Below, in pieces: positions 31,446-40,886 of a stretch of DNA of 64,000 nucleotides. The position numbers were made by a program, and so were the translations under genes. Source of the DNA: an uncultured Chloroflexia bacterium (GTDB lineage Bacteria > Chloroflexota > Limnocylindria > Limnocylindrales > CSP1-4); NCBI GenBank assembly GCA_963713975.1, contig OY970218.1, positions 768,001 through 832,000 of the forward strand, read 5' to 3'. A model generated the notes under the pieces. The model saw only the letters and a program-made list of their open reading frames with translations, ran no database searches and had not been told where the DNA came from. Every line of letters begins with the position of its first letter. The stretch's first letter is position 1.

Positions 31446-31550
31446 GGCAACTATCGTACGCCCTGACCGGCACTCACGGCCATGCGGAGCCCGCAGGTGC
31501 GGATGCTCCTCCGCGATGGTGACCGTCCGTGCCCCGCGCAAGCGGGGCGA

Positions 31551-31976
31551 TCAGAAGCCGTTTGCGAAGCTGTCCGAGTCGATGAGCTTGAGGACGTCAG
31601 TCCGGACGTCGGGGCAGGAGGCCCCTGTCAGTGTGTCCATTGCGGCCGCGTCCGGCAGCATCTGGGCCGGGTTGGCGTCGAGCCAGTTCGCGTAGTCCAT
31701 GGCAAGTTGCGCGACGGCCCCGCCGGCTGATCCGGCCGCCGCCATAAGCGGGACCTCTGACGTGAGGAAGGCGCAGAGAGCCGCCCCGTCCCCGACGGCG
31801 GCGGCCGACGGCTCGGCGGCGGCGATCGACGGACCGGCCGACGCAATTGGCGTGGGCGCAGCTGGCGACGAAGTGTCAAGGGTCGAGTCGGCGGCGGCGC
31901 CGCCGCAGGCGGCGATCAACACGCTCGCGCAGACAACAAGTGCGGCTGCCGCTGTCCTTCGCGTAGCAGCCACCAT
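31551..31976 (-). CDS. Hypothetical lipoprotein
   Basis: Signal peptide with IAAC lipobox, Ala/Pro linker, Cys pair. Confidence 0.7.
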   Translation of the reverse strand: MVAATRRTAAAALVVCASVLIAACGGAAADSTLDTSSPAAPTPIASAGPSIAAAEPSAAAVGDGAALCAFLTSEVPLMAAAGSAGGAVAQLAMDYANWLDANPAQMLPDAAAMDTLTGASCPDVRTDVLKLIDSDSFANGF

Positions 31977-32128
31977 GGGACCGGCCATCGACACCTCGAC
32001 ACACCCTGTGACCGACGCACCAAGGGATCTGGAGCGAACCGGTCACGAACGATCCGGGCGTGTCGGACGTCCGTCGCGGGTTCGCGACATCACAAAGCCG
32101 ACGGCGAGCCCGTTGCGCAGGTCGGGCC

Positions 32129-32190
32129 ACGGTGCAGGTCGGGGCGCGCGCTGTCAAGACCCTGGACTTCGTCATGTATTTTGGACTTCG
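32129..32190 (-). promoter_or_regulatory. Candidate promoter with upstream direct repeat
   Basis: TTGACA on the minus strand (32152-32157), weak -10 CACCGT at 17 nt; TGGACTTCG at 32163 and 32182. Confidence 0.4.
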
Positions 32191-32279
32191 CGAGCGGTGA
32201 AGGAGATTGTCTGGGCGCGAGGTCGTGGTTCCGCAGTATCGTCGTCATCCGCCTCGACGCTGCGGCCGGCGAGCGGTGT

Positions 32280-33317
32280 CTACTGGGTATCGGCCCCGAT
32301 ACGGACGACTCGACCCTGGATGGCGCTGGCCCGAGCGGCGTCGAGCACCTCGAGCGTGCGGATGGCCTCCGCGGCGGGCACGGGGTAAGCGCCCTCGCCT
32401 CGGAACGCGGCGGCGAACTGCGAGTAGTAGTCCTGGTAGGCGCCGCGCTCGGACGGCACACGGACTGCGCCGTTCGCGGTGTGCAGCGTGCCCCAGTGTG
32501 ACTCGGGCTCGTATCCCCAGGCCTCGCCCTCGATGGCCGGTCGGCGCCCCGCGAAGATCGCCGCGGTCTGGGCATCGGAGCTCCGACCGACGTACGACCC
32601 GGCGCTGCCATACGCGCGCAGCTCCTTCTCTACGTTGCGGTTGAGCTTGGTCGCGCTCGCCCGTGAGCGCACGCCGCTCTCGTGGACCAGCGCGATGCCA
32701 AGGCCGACGTCGGTCCGACCCTCGGACAGGTCCACCCAGTCGAGGTCGGCGTACACGGTGCGGATGGGACCCAGCAGCCATAGCAGCTGGTCCACGAGGT
32801 GGGCCCCGAGGTCGCGTAGCAGCCCGCCGTGCGGCCCGGCGTCCAACCCGCCCGGTTGGTCCAGGTCGAACCGCGACTCGACACGCCAGATGTCCCCGAG
32901 GTCGCCCCGTCCGAGGATGGCCGCCAGCGTGCGGATGTCCGCGTCCCAACGGCGGTTCTGGTACGCGCAGAGCGCGACGCCGGCGGCGCGGGCGGCGTCG
33001 TCGAGCTCGCGCCCACCGGCCGCATCCGGTGCGAAGGGCTTGTCGGCGATGACGTTGACCCCTGCAGCGACGGCGGCCAGGACGAGCTCACGGCGCGTCG
33101 CGGGCGGCGTGGTGATCGTGACCGCATCGACCCCCGAGGCCAGGAGGTCGTCCAGGGAATCGAAGGCGGGCAGGCCGGGATAGTCGCTCGCCAGCTCAGC
33201 CCGCCGTCCGGCAGACCGCGTGACGACACCGACGAGCTCGACATCGCGGGCAGCGCTGATGTACGGGGCGTGGAAGTTGCGTCCACCGTTGCCATACCCC
33301 ACGAGGCCGAGTCGCAT
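32280..33317 (-). CDS. Gfo/Idh/MocA oxidoreductase (YdgJ/IolW-like)
   Basis: GLVGYG..G..FHAP, DKPFA, YQNRRWDAD, DLGAHLVDQ. Confidence 0.92.
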   Translation of the reverse strand: MRLGLVGYGNGGRNFHAPYISAARDVELVGVVTRSAGRRAELASDYPGLPAFDSLDDLLASGVDAVTITTPPATRRELVLAAVAAGVNVIADKPFAPDAAGGRELDDAARAAGVALCAYQNRRWDADIRTLAAILGRGDLGDIWRVESRFDLDQPGGLDAGPHGGLLRDLGAHLVDQLLWLLGPIRTVYADLDWVDLSEGRTDVGLGIALVHESGVRSRASATKLNRNVEKELRAYGSAGSYVGRSSDAQTAAIFAGRRPAIEGEAWGYEPESHWGTLHTANGAVRVPSERGAYQDYYSQFAAAFRGEGAYPVPAAEAIRTLEVLDAARASAIQGRVVRIGADTQ

Positions 33318-33581
33318 CGTCGCGTCCCTCCAGTCCGGCGATCGAGGCCCGGCCGTCAGCCCGCACCCTGCCGTCATGGCGAGCCTACGTCAGGCACGAG
33401 ATCGCGGCCCGTGTGCGTCGGACGCACGCCGCGCGCGGCAGAGGTCACGGAGAGGTCAACCGCCATGTCCACGGAGCCTTCACGCCGTGTCCATCGACGC
33501 TCCACGCCGACAAGGTCAACTCGGACGTGATCAATTCGCCAACGAGCGGATCGCCGCTCGACGCTGAAGGATGCTCGTCCC

Positions 33582-34448
33582 ATGTCTGCTCAGGCTTCCA
33601 CCCGGTCCTCGCTCACCAGAAGCGGCAGGCGCACGGTCGTCCTGCTTGCCGCCGGTCTTGCCACGTCCCTTGCCCTGGGTGCCTGCTCGCCCGGAGCGGT
33701 CACAAGCGACGCCGACGCCGCCCTGACCGGCGGCGGGCACGGGCTCGCGGGTGACGGGTCCGGTGACGGCAACGGCGGGAACGGGACCGGCTACGGCGGC
33801 GGCGGCCGATACGGCGGCGATGGCGGTGGCGGCAATGGCGGCTACGGCAGCGGGTCCGGGGGCATCGAGGCGCGGGGCTCAGGTGAGAGCGGCGACATCT
33901 CGCTCCGCATCGCCGACATGCCGGTCGCCACGCTGACCGCCGAGGAGATCGACGGCCTCGTGTGGATGCGCGAAGAGGAGAAGCTGGCTCACGACGTGTA
34001 CGTGGCACTCGGGGAGACCTGGGGCAGCCGCGTCTTCGAGAACATCGCCGGCGCTGAGACAACCCACACGGAGGCCGTCAAGACCCTCCTTGATCGCTAC
34101 GGGATCACCGACCCGGCCGCGGGCCGGCCGGCCGGGGAGTTCACGAACCCGGACCTCCAGGCGCTGTACACCGACCTCGTGGCCCGTGGGCGGACGTCGC
34201 TTGTCGACGCCTTCACGGTGGGGGCCCTGATCGAGGACCTCGACATCAGTGACCTGCGCACGCGGGCGACCGGCACCGCCGACATCGCCCTGGTCTATGC
34301 GGACCTGGAGCACGGGTCGGAGAACCACCTGCGCGCCTTCACCAGGAACCTGGACCGCCAGGGAGTCTCGTACACGCCGACTTACATCTCGGCAGACGAG
34401 TTCGAGACGATCATCGGCTCGCCGATCGGGCAGGGCCGGTCCGGCTGA
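33582..34448 (+). CDS. DUF2202 ferritin-like lipoprotein with Gly-rich linker
   Basis: LGAC lipobox; MREEEKLAHDVY, E..H, IEDLDI.DL, GSENHLRAF. Confidence 0.88.
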   Translation: MSAQASTRSSLTRSGRRTVVLLAAGLATSLALGACSPGAVTSDADAALTGGGHGLAGDGSGDGNGGNGTGYGGGGRYGGDGGGGNGGYGSGSGGIEARGSGESGDISLRIADMPVATLTAEEIDGLVWMREEEKLAHDVYVALGETWGSRVFENIAGAETTHTEAVKTLLDRYGITDPAAGRPAGEFTNPDLQALYTDLVARGRTSLVDAFTVGALIEDLDISDLRTRATGTADIALVYADLEHGSENHLRAFTRNLDRQGVSYTPTYISADEFETIIGSPIGQGRSG

Positions 34449-34491
34449 CGTCGGACGCCACGTCGGTCACCAGTACTCCGGAGCAACGACC

Positions 34492-35133
34492 ATGACAGCG
34501 ATCCCGTTCACCACCTCCCCGCCTCCCACGACCCCTCGGGCGAAGACGATTTACTACGTGCGATCGGTCGTCGCCCTGGCGATGATCACCAGCTGGACCG
34601 TGGCCGGCCTCAGCGGCCTCGCCCTCTGGTCGGCGGCGGATGGATGGCGCGCAGACCTGCTGCCCGCACTCGTCGGGCTGACCAAGCACGCCTGGTCCGA
34701 CATCCACGTCGTGGCCTCGTTCCTCGCGATCGCCCTCACGATCACCCACGTGACGGTGATGCGACGCGGGGTCATCTCCTACGCGCGGCTGGCCCTGACC
34801 GGGCGCCGCAGCCCCGGCCGGAGCGTGAGCCGGCGCCCGAAGGCGATCGTCTACATCCGAGCGTTTGCCGTGGTGGCGATGGTCGTCCTCGTCCCGGTGG
34901 TCATGGCCAGCGGCGTCATCCCGTGGCTTGCGGCCGACGGCCGGCGTGCCGGCCAGCAGGTCCTGCTCTTTGCCGTGACGAAGCACGAGTGGTCGGACAT
35001 CCACACCGCCGTCGCGGCGGCCGTGGCCCTGATCGCGGTGACCCACGTCGTCGTCGTCCGGGCCGGACTCGTGGCCGACGTTCGCCTGCTCGCCACGGGC
35101 CGGCGCAGCGCTCCCCGGGCTGCGCGCCGCTGA
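34492..35133 (+). CDS. Membrane protein with two DUF4405 (cytochrome b-like) repeats
   Basis: Internal duplication SG..W.AADG.RA...TKH.WSDIH..H, twice. Confidence 0.75.
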   Translation: MTAIPFTTSPPPTTPRAKTIYYVRSVVALAMITSWTVAGLSGLALWSAADGWRADLLPALVGLTKHAWSDIHVVASFLAIALTITHVTVMRRGVISYARLALTGRRSPGRSVSRRPKAIVYIRAFAVVAMVVLVPVVMASGVIPWLAADGRRAGQQVLLFAVTKHEWSDIHTAVAAAVALIAVTHVVVVRAGLVADVRLLATGRRSAPRAARR

Positions 35134-35207
35134 CCGCGGCGGCCGCAGGACAAATGCCCCGATCGTCTGACCGACCGACGACGATCGAGCCCTGGGCCGC
35201 CTCTGCC

Positions 35208-35681
35208 CTACCCCTCCTCGGCCAGGAGGACAACGAGGCGGTCGATGAAGGCGGCCTGTGGGGCCTTGATCCTGATCCGGGCCGCAGCGGGATCGAACCA
35301 GCCCACCCGGTCCACCTCGGGGGCTTCGACCATCCGGCCGGAACCCACGGGCCACTCCGCGACGAAGGTGTTGCTCGTCGCCCCGGCGGGATCGAGATCA
35401 CCGTCGGCGGCCCAGCCATGGACGTGCTTGCCGCCCTTCTGGACGATCTCGCCGAGCGGGATCAGCTCCGTGGAGCCAAGGCGGTGGCCGGTCTCCTCCT
35501 CGAGCTCGCGTCGCGCCACGGCCTCGAGCACCTCGCCCGGTTCGACCTCGCCCTTGGGGATGGACCAGTAGCCCGCGTCCCTGGTCGCGAACCGCGGGCC
35601 GCCAGGGTGGGCAAGGAGCACCTCCAGGCCGCCGCCAGTCCGGCGAAACAGGAGGATCCCGGCGCTAGTGCGTTCGGTCAT
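35208..35681 (-). CDS. NUDIX hydrolase
   Basis: SAGILLFR, HPGGP, WSIPKGE..ARRELEEETG, PEVDR. Confidence 0.93.
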   Translation of the reverse strand: MTERTSAGILLFRRTGGGLEVLLAHPGGPRFATRDAGYWSIPKGEVEPGEVLEAVARRELEEETGHRLGSTELIPLGEIVQKGGKHVHGWAADGDLDPAGATSNTFVAEWPVGSGRMVEAPEVDRVGWFDPAAARIRIKAPQAAFIDRLVVLLAEEG

Positions 35682-35889
35682 CGTCCCGATGAGGCGCCGG
35701 GTCCGCCGCTCGCGGTTCGGGCGTCTCGAGCCGCCGGGCGGCCCCGCCATCGGCGAGCGCGAACTCGCAGTCGTCCGGGCGGAGGAGACACGTCCCTCGC
35801 TCGCGGTCGTAGCCGGGGCAGTCCTCGGTCATGAGGCACTCGTCCAGCCTGGTCAAACGATCCACTCGAGCGATCTCCAGCGACAACAT
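35665..35889 (-). CDS. Small Cys-rich hypothetical protein
   Basis: ECLMTEDCPGYDRERGTCLLRPDDCEF; start uncertain (35889 or 35832). Confidence 0.45.
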   Translation of the reverse strand: MLSLEIARVDRLTRLDECLMTEDCPGYDRERGTCLLRPDDCEFALADGGAARRLETPEPRAADPAPHRDDDRTH

Positions 35890-35918
35890 GGAGCGGGCCG
35901 CGGGCCCGCCTGGTGGGC

Positions 35919-36152
35919 TCAGTCTGCCTCGCCGGTCCGCCACCGGTGGCCGCAGAACCCGCAGGACGGCTTGCCGGGCGCCTGGGCCACGCCGCACATG
36001 GCGCACGTGTGCCAGTCGGCCCTCGGCTCGGGCAGGCAGTTGCAGGGGCCGCTGGCAAGCGTGCTCGCCTCGGGCGTCGGCTCGGGAGAGCACGGGCCGT
36101 CGCCATGTGGCTCCTCACCACAGGACCGGCAGGTTCCCGGTTGGACGGTCAT
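35919..36152 (-). CDS. Small multi-Cys zinc-finger-like protein
   Basis: AGGAG RBS; CRSC..H..C, CNC, CAMC, CGFCGH. Confidence 0.65.
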   Translation of the reverse strand: MTVQPGTCRSCGEEPHGDGPCSPEPTPEASTLASGPCNCLPEPRADWHTCAMCGVAQAPGKPSCGFCGHRWRTGEAD

Positions 36153-36450
36153 CGCTCTATCTCCTGGCAGGCCGGCACCAGCACCCCTGCCGTCCGCTCA
36201 CCCCGTGGAAGGGGTGCCCCCCGGTGCCTCCAGCATAGCCCCGGGCCACGAGGCGCCGCGCCGCCCGGGTGGCACGTAGGCCTATCGACGCCTCCGGATG
36301 GGCGAATCGGGCGGTGGACGGACGGGGCCATTGCGCCGAGGGTGAGAGGGATCCCCGGACCCCCGGGGCATCACCATGGCGCGCGGGCGTGCGCCGTCAC
36401 CACGGACCCCCCAGCCGCAGGTCGCCCGCCGCGGCCACGACCAGGACTCC

Positions 36451-38451
36451 ATGACCGCTGTCCATCGTCCGCGCATCGTGCGGGCCATCCTCGCCGCCGC
36501 GATCCTGATCAGCCTTGTCGCCGGCACGACGAATGCCGGTGTGCCGCATGCGAGGCGCTACCACCCCGGCGGCAAGATCACGCTGGACACCAACCTGCGG
36601 TCGAGGAGCGGGGTCTCGGCCTGGGCCATCGACGAGTATCTCAAGGCGCATACGCCGCTGCCGCCGCTCGGGACCGCCTTCCTCGCTGCGGAGCGGAAGT
36701 ACAAGGTGAACGCGCGGTTCCTCCTGGCGGCCGCGCTCCACGAGTCGGGCTGGGGCTCCAGCTACATCTCGCGCGTCAAGCACAACCTGTTCGGCCTCAA
36801 CGCCTACGACCGCGACCCGTTCCGCTATGCCAGTGCCCACGCCTCGTACGCCGCGGGCATCAAGGCGACAGCGAAGTTCATCAGGGATTCGTACCTGACG
36901 CCGGGTGGCCGCTGGTGGGGCGGCCAGCCGACGCTCCGGAGCATGCAGCAGTACTGGTCTTCGTCCGGGCGCTGGGGGGAGGCCGTGAGCCGGATCGCGA
37001 GCTCGCTGCGCCTCGGCTCCCTGGCCCGTCGGAAGATCGACTTCGCTGCCCCCGTCGCGACCGGCCTGGTGCACGGCGCCGAGCGGACTTCGGTCCGGCT
37101 CGCATGGTCCGGCGGCGCCATCCCCGCAGGGATCTCGTTCGTCGCGACCTGGCGCCCGATCGAGTTGGACTCGGCGCTCACCCCCGCCACGATGTCGAGT
37201 CCGGCCAGCCTGGACCCGGGCGTCGCCGGCGCCATGGCGGCCTCGGCGTCACGCGCAACCGTTGGAAGCGGGTCGTCCGCCACGCCGCCATCCGTGACCG
37301 TCCCGGGGACGAGCGCACCCAGGACCGTCGTGGCACGCAGGATCCGGACCGGCGCCCACTCCATCACCCTCGCGGTGACAGCACCGCGTGAACCGGGGCG
37401 GTACGCGCTTCACGTCGAGATGAGAGACACCGGGCGGGGCACGCTGCCGGCTCGCGAGCGAGTCCGCATCCCGGGTGTCGAGGTCCGCGTCTTTGGCAAG
37501 CGTGCGGTGAGCTTCGACGTGGAGCCCAGCGCCGACGGCACCGGCGCCATCGTCCGGATCACGAACGCCGGGCTGGTCACGATCCCGGGGATCCCGAGCC
37601 TGGGCCTGTCCGCAGCCAGCTACGCCGCGGAGGCCGCGCGTTCGATCGTCACCGTGACCGCGTCGACCGGCGATCCGGCCGACCGGTCGCCGGTCGACCT
37701 CATCGCCTCGCCGCTGGCCGCCGACCTGAAGCCGGGGGCATCGATCACGGTCAACGTTCCGGGCATCGAGACGACCACCGGTCGGAAGACGAACTGGCTG
37801 TCCGTCGGCTTGGCCGTGGCCGGCGACCACGGCTGGCTCCCGACTTCCTCGACGCGAGGGGTCTGGTTCTCCACACACTCCACACCGGGGGCGGGCACGG
37901 CCGCGATCGCAACGCCCGCGCCAACGACAAAGCCGACACCGGCGGCGACGCCGACTCCCACACCGAAGCCGACTCCTACGCCCGTGTCGAAGCCGAAGCC
38001 CACCCCAACGCCCAAGCCGGCGGCGACATCCACGCCGAAGCCGACTCCCAAGCCGACTCCAAAGCCCAAGCCGAAGAAGGTCACCAGGACCTACTCGGAG
38101 CACAGCGGCGCCATCATCTATCGCGGCGGCTGGGGCGACGCACCCTATCGCGGCTACATCGGCGGCAACGTCGCGTGGTCGACCACCCCCGGCGCGACGG
38201 CGACGTTGACGTTCACCGGCTCCTCGGTCCGCTGGATCGGTCCGAAGGGGCCCACGCGGGGAACCGTCCTCGTCCTCCTCGACGGGCGAGCCATCGCCCG
38301 CGTCAGCATGTGGGAATCGTCCTTCGTGCCGAGATCCGTGCTCTTCCAGCGCTCGTTCCGCGCGTCCGGACGGCACACCCTCACGATCAAGGTGCTCCGG
38401 TCTCCTGGGCGTCAGTACGTCGCCATCGACGGGTTCACCGTCAGGTCCTGA
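36451..38451 (+). CDS. Secreted GH73 glucosaminidase with PT linker and C-terminal beta-sandwich domain
   Basis: Signal peptide; LLAAALHESGWGSS..HNLFGLNAYD; PT repeats ~37910-38075; FTGSSVRWIG..G...V.LDG..HTLTI..IDGF. Confidence 0.88.
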   Translation: MTAVHRPRIVRAILAAAILISLVAGTTNAGVPHARRYHPGGKITLDTNLRSRSGVSAWAIDEYLKAHTPLPPLGTAFLAAERKYKVNARFLLAAALHESGWGSSYISRVKHNLFGLNAYDRDPFRYASAHASYAAGIKATAKFIRDSYLTPGGRWWGGQPTLRSMQQYWSSSGRWGEAVSRIASSLRLGSLARRKIDFAAPVATGLVHGAERTSVRLAWSGGAIPAGISFVATWRPIELDSALTPATMSSPASLDPGVAGAMAASASRATVGSGSSATPPSVTVPGTSAPRTVVARRIRTGAHSITLAVTAPREPGRYALHVEMRDTGRGTLPARERVRIPGVEVRVFGKRAVSFDVEPSADGTGAIVRITNAGLVTIPGIPSLGLSAASYAAEAARSIVTVTASTGDPADRSPVDLIASPLAADLKPGASITVNVPGIETTTGRKTNWLSVGLAVAGDHGWLPTSSTRGVWFSTHSTPGAGTAAIATPAPTTKPTPAATPTPTPKPTPTPVSKPKPTPTPKPAATSTPKPTPKPTPKPKPKKVTRTYSEHSGAIIYRGGWGDAPYRGYIGGNVAWSTTPGATATLTFTGSSVRWIGPKGPTRGTVLVLLDGRAIARVSMWESSFVPRSVLFQRSFRASGRHTLTIKVLRSPGRQYVAIDGFTVRS

Positions 38452-38485
38452 ACCCAGGTTCGGGCCCGCATCGGCCAGCGAGACG

Positions 38486-39310
38486 CTACTCCGGCAGCGG
38501 TCCGATGACGGCCAGCCACGGGTGCACCAGCAGGTCGAAGGTTGGCGGCGGGATGAGCGTGCGGTAGCGCATCGCCATCCAGACGTTCCAGAGCGCGACC
38601 AGGCCGCGCCGCGCGGCCTCGCCACTGCGGTCGATCGCCTCCGCTGCCCGCGATTCCTCGGGTCGCGTCCTGGGCTTCCAGTCGCCAAGCCATGCGGCGA
38701 TGCCCTGCGGCTTCGGGACAGGCTCGCCCGTCCGCAGGTCTCGCCCGGCGAGGATGCCGCCGACCGTGATCTCGAGCTCCGCGAACTCCTCCAACATCGT
38801 CTCGAGCTCGGGGCGTGGTACGCGCACGCCATCGGTCCAGGTGATGCCGAAGCCGCGGCCGATGTCGGACGGCGAGCCCGCTGCAAGCATGTCCCCAACC
38901 ACCAGCCCTAGCCGCGAGATCTCGTCGGGCGCCAACCTGGCGGCCCACCCGAATACCACCTCCGGCCCTGCGGTCGTCCGCGCCGATGCCGACAGTGCCG
39001 CCGCCCGGGCGAGCAGCGCAGAGGAGACCGGGATCGAGCGTGTCCCTTGCGTGGGGTCGGCGCCGGCAGCGCTGTCACCGTCATCCTCGAGCGATCCCTG
39101 TGTGGCCTCCCGGGCCTCGATCATCGCGAGGAGGGTCCGTGCCCGTTCGGGACGCTCCAGGCCGAGCCGCATGCCGACGCTGAGCCAGCGAGAGTCAATC
39201 GCCTCAAGCCCGTCGGCTCGATTCCCGCCCGGGAGATCCTCGAGCGCCTCGGCCAGGGCGGCGTCGATCGCTCGTCCATCGTCAAGCCTGTCGCCGCCAT
39301 CGGTCGGCAT
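38486..39310 (-). CDS. Hypothetical protein
   Basis: Long ORF with globular composition filling the gap between genes. Confidence 0.65.
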   Translation of the reverse strand: MPTDGGDRLDDGRAIDAALAEALEDLPGGNRADGLEAIDSRWLSVGMRLGLERPERARTLLAMIEAREATQGSLEDDGDSAAGADPTQGTRSIPVSSALLARAAALSASARTTAGPEVVFGWAARLAPDEISRLGLVVGDMLAAGSPSDIGRGFGITWTDGVRVPRPELETMLEEFAELEITVGGILAGRDLRTGEPVPKPQGIAAWLGDWKPRTRPEESRAAEAIDRSGEAARRGLVALWNVWMAMRYRTLIPPPTFDLLVHPWLAVIGPLPE

Positions 39311-39509
39311 CGAACGCCTGCTCCTCTGGTCAGAGGTGGTCAGCACCGAGCATACGTCGATGCCGCCTGCGGTCGACCACCGATCGGAGCATCACGTCCG
39401 ACCGCCAGAGCCAGGCCAGGCATCGCGGTGACCGATCTGCCGAGGGCAACGAGGCTGAGCACCGGCAGCGGGTGCATCCCGGTGTGTGGTGGCGTGGCCA
39501 CGGTCCCAC

Positions 39510-40664
39510 TCAGCCGAGGATGGGCTCGACCGGGTACGGGAACAGGATCTCGCCCCCTTCGGGCGTCACCCGATACACGTCCTCGTGGCGGACTCCGCCA
39601 AAGCCCGGGATGGCCAGGATCGTGTGCCCGATCGTGACCGTCATGCCCTCCCGCAGCGGGATGTTCCGGTGCGGCGGGATGATCGTGGAGGCCGGCGTCT
39701 CCTCGAACCGGAGCCCGATCCCATGGCCGATCCCGTTGACGTGGTGCGAATCCAGCCCTCGTTCACGGAGGACCTCCTTCGATCGCGCGTCCAGCCTGGC
39801 GACGGTGGCGCCCGGTCGCATGGCTTCCCGCACGGCGGGGATCAGCGCCGCGTACGCGTCCAGCAGCGAGCGCTGCTGCACATCTGGCGTGCCCAGGACG
39901 AACGTCCGGGCCAGGTTCGCGCAGTAGCCGTCCACCATCGGCGTCAGGTCGATCACGACCAGGTCGCCGGTGCGCACGGGTTTCGGGCTCAGCCAGCCGT
40001 GGAGCATGCACGTCTCGCGGCCAACGTTCACGTAAACCGGGGTGCTGGTCCGCGCGGCGCCGGCGCGCATCATCACGTACAGCACCTCGGTAGCGATGTC
40101 GTGGGCCATCGCTCCATCGCCCAGAAGCTCGCGCGCACGGTCCATCCCGATGGTGGCGATCCGCTGGGCCTCGGTCATGGCGGCGATCTCAGCGGGCTCC
40201 TTCACGCCACGCAGCGGGTCCATGATCGGGTCCGAGGACACGAGCTCGACCCCCGGGTTGACCTTGCGGAACATGTCCACCAGGAATGCCGGTGTGTCGA
40301 ACCACTGCTGCATCGCAACCCGGAGGCGCGCGTCGGGACTCGCAGCGGCCTCGCCTCGCTCCGCAGCCATTGCACGCATCTGGGTGACCACGTCGTTGAT
40401 CTGGCCGCCGACCGACCCCCAGACCATGACCGGTCCGCCGCCCATGAGCTCCCGGAGCTCCGCCTCCTCCGCCCTGAACGCCACCAGGGCCGGGGCACCC
40501 GTCGCCGGGATGACTGCCCGGGGCTGCGCGCGGTCGAAGCCGAAGAACCAGCGGTAGTCGTCGTGGTTCATGACGACGATCGCGGCGATGCCCTGCTCGC
40601 GCATCAGCGCCTGGGCGCGCTCGATGCGGTCGACACGCACGGGGGAAGGCGCTGGATCGTTCAT
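39510..40664 (-). CDS. Xaa-Pro peptidase (M24) family protein
   Basis: Creatinase N-domain; R.VKEPAEI, IDL..GYCANLARTF, GHGIGL..E.P, GGVRHED. Confidence 0.88.
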   Translation of the reverse strand: MNDPAPSPVRVDRIERAQALMREQGIAAIVVMNHDDYRWFFGFDRAQPRAVIPATGAPALVAFRAEEAELRELMGGGPVMVWGSVGGQINDVVTQMRAMAAERGEAAASPDARLRVAMQQWFDTPAFLVDMFRKVNPGVELVSSDPIMDPLRGVKEPAEIAAMTEAQRIATIGMDRARELLGDGAMAHDIATEVLYVMMRAGAARTSTPVYVNVGRETCMLHGWLSPKPVRTGDLVVIDLTPMVDGYCANLARTFVLGTPDVQQRSLLDAYAALIPAVREAMRPGATVARLDARSKEVLRERGLDSHHVNGIGHGIGLRFEETPASTIIPPHRNIPLREGMTVTIGHTILAIPGFGGVRHEDVYRVTPEGGEILFPYPVEPILG

Positions 40665-40886
40665 GCGGTCATGGTGCCACGGGGCGGAGAACCGCACCTG
40701 CGGGGCGACATACCCGACCGGCACGCCGAACACATGCACCAGGCAGGTGCCTTTCGCCTTCATGGTCGCCCTGTCCGCGCCGGTCGTGGTCTGGCTGTCG
40801 CGTTGGAGCGGGCGCCACCGGGTCGGGCTCGCCTAGACTCCCGGCACGCCAGCGCCGGCAGCCGTCGCGGATCCAAGGAGGGACCG

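Noticed and set aside
36160-36450. c-di-AMP riboswitch upstream of the muramidase
   Set aside because: Context fits, but the GCTGAA, GGGGGAACC and CAGCTAA hallmarks were not found
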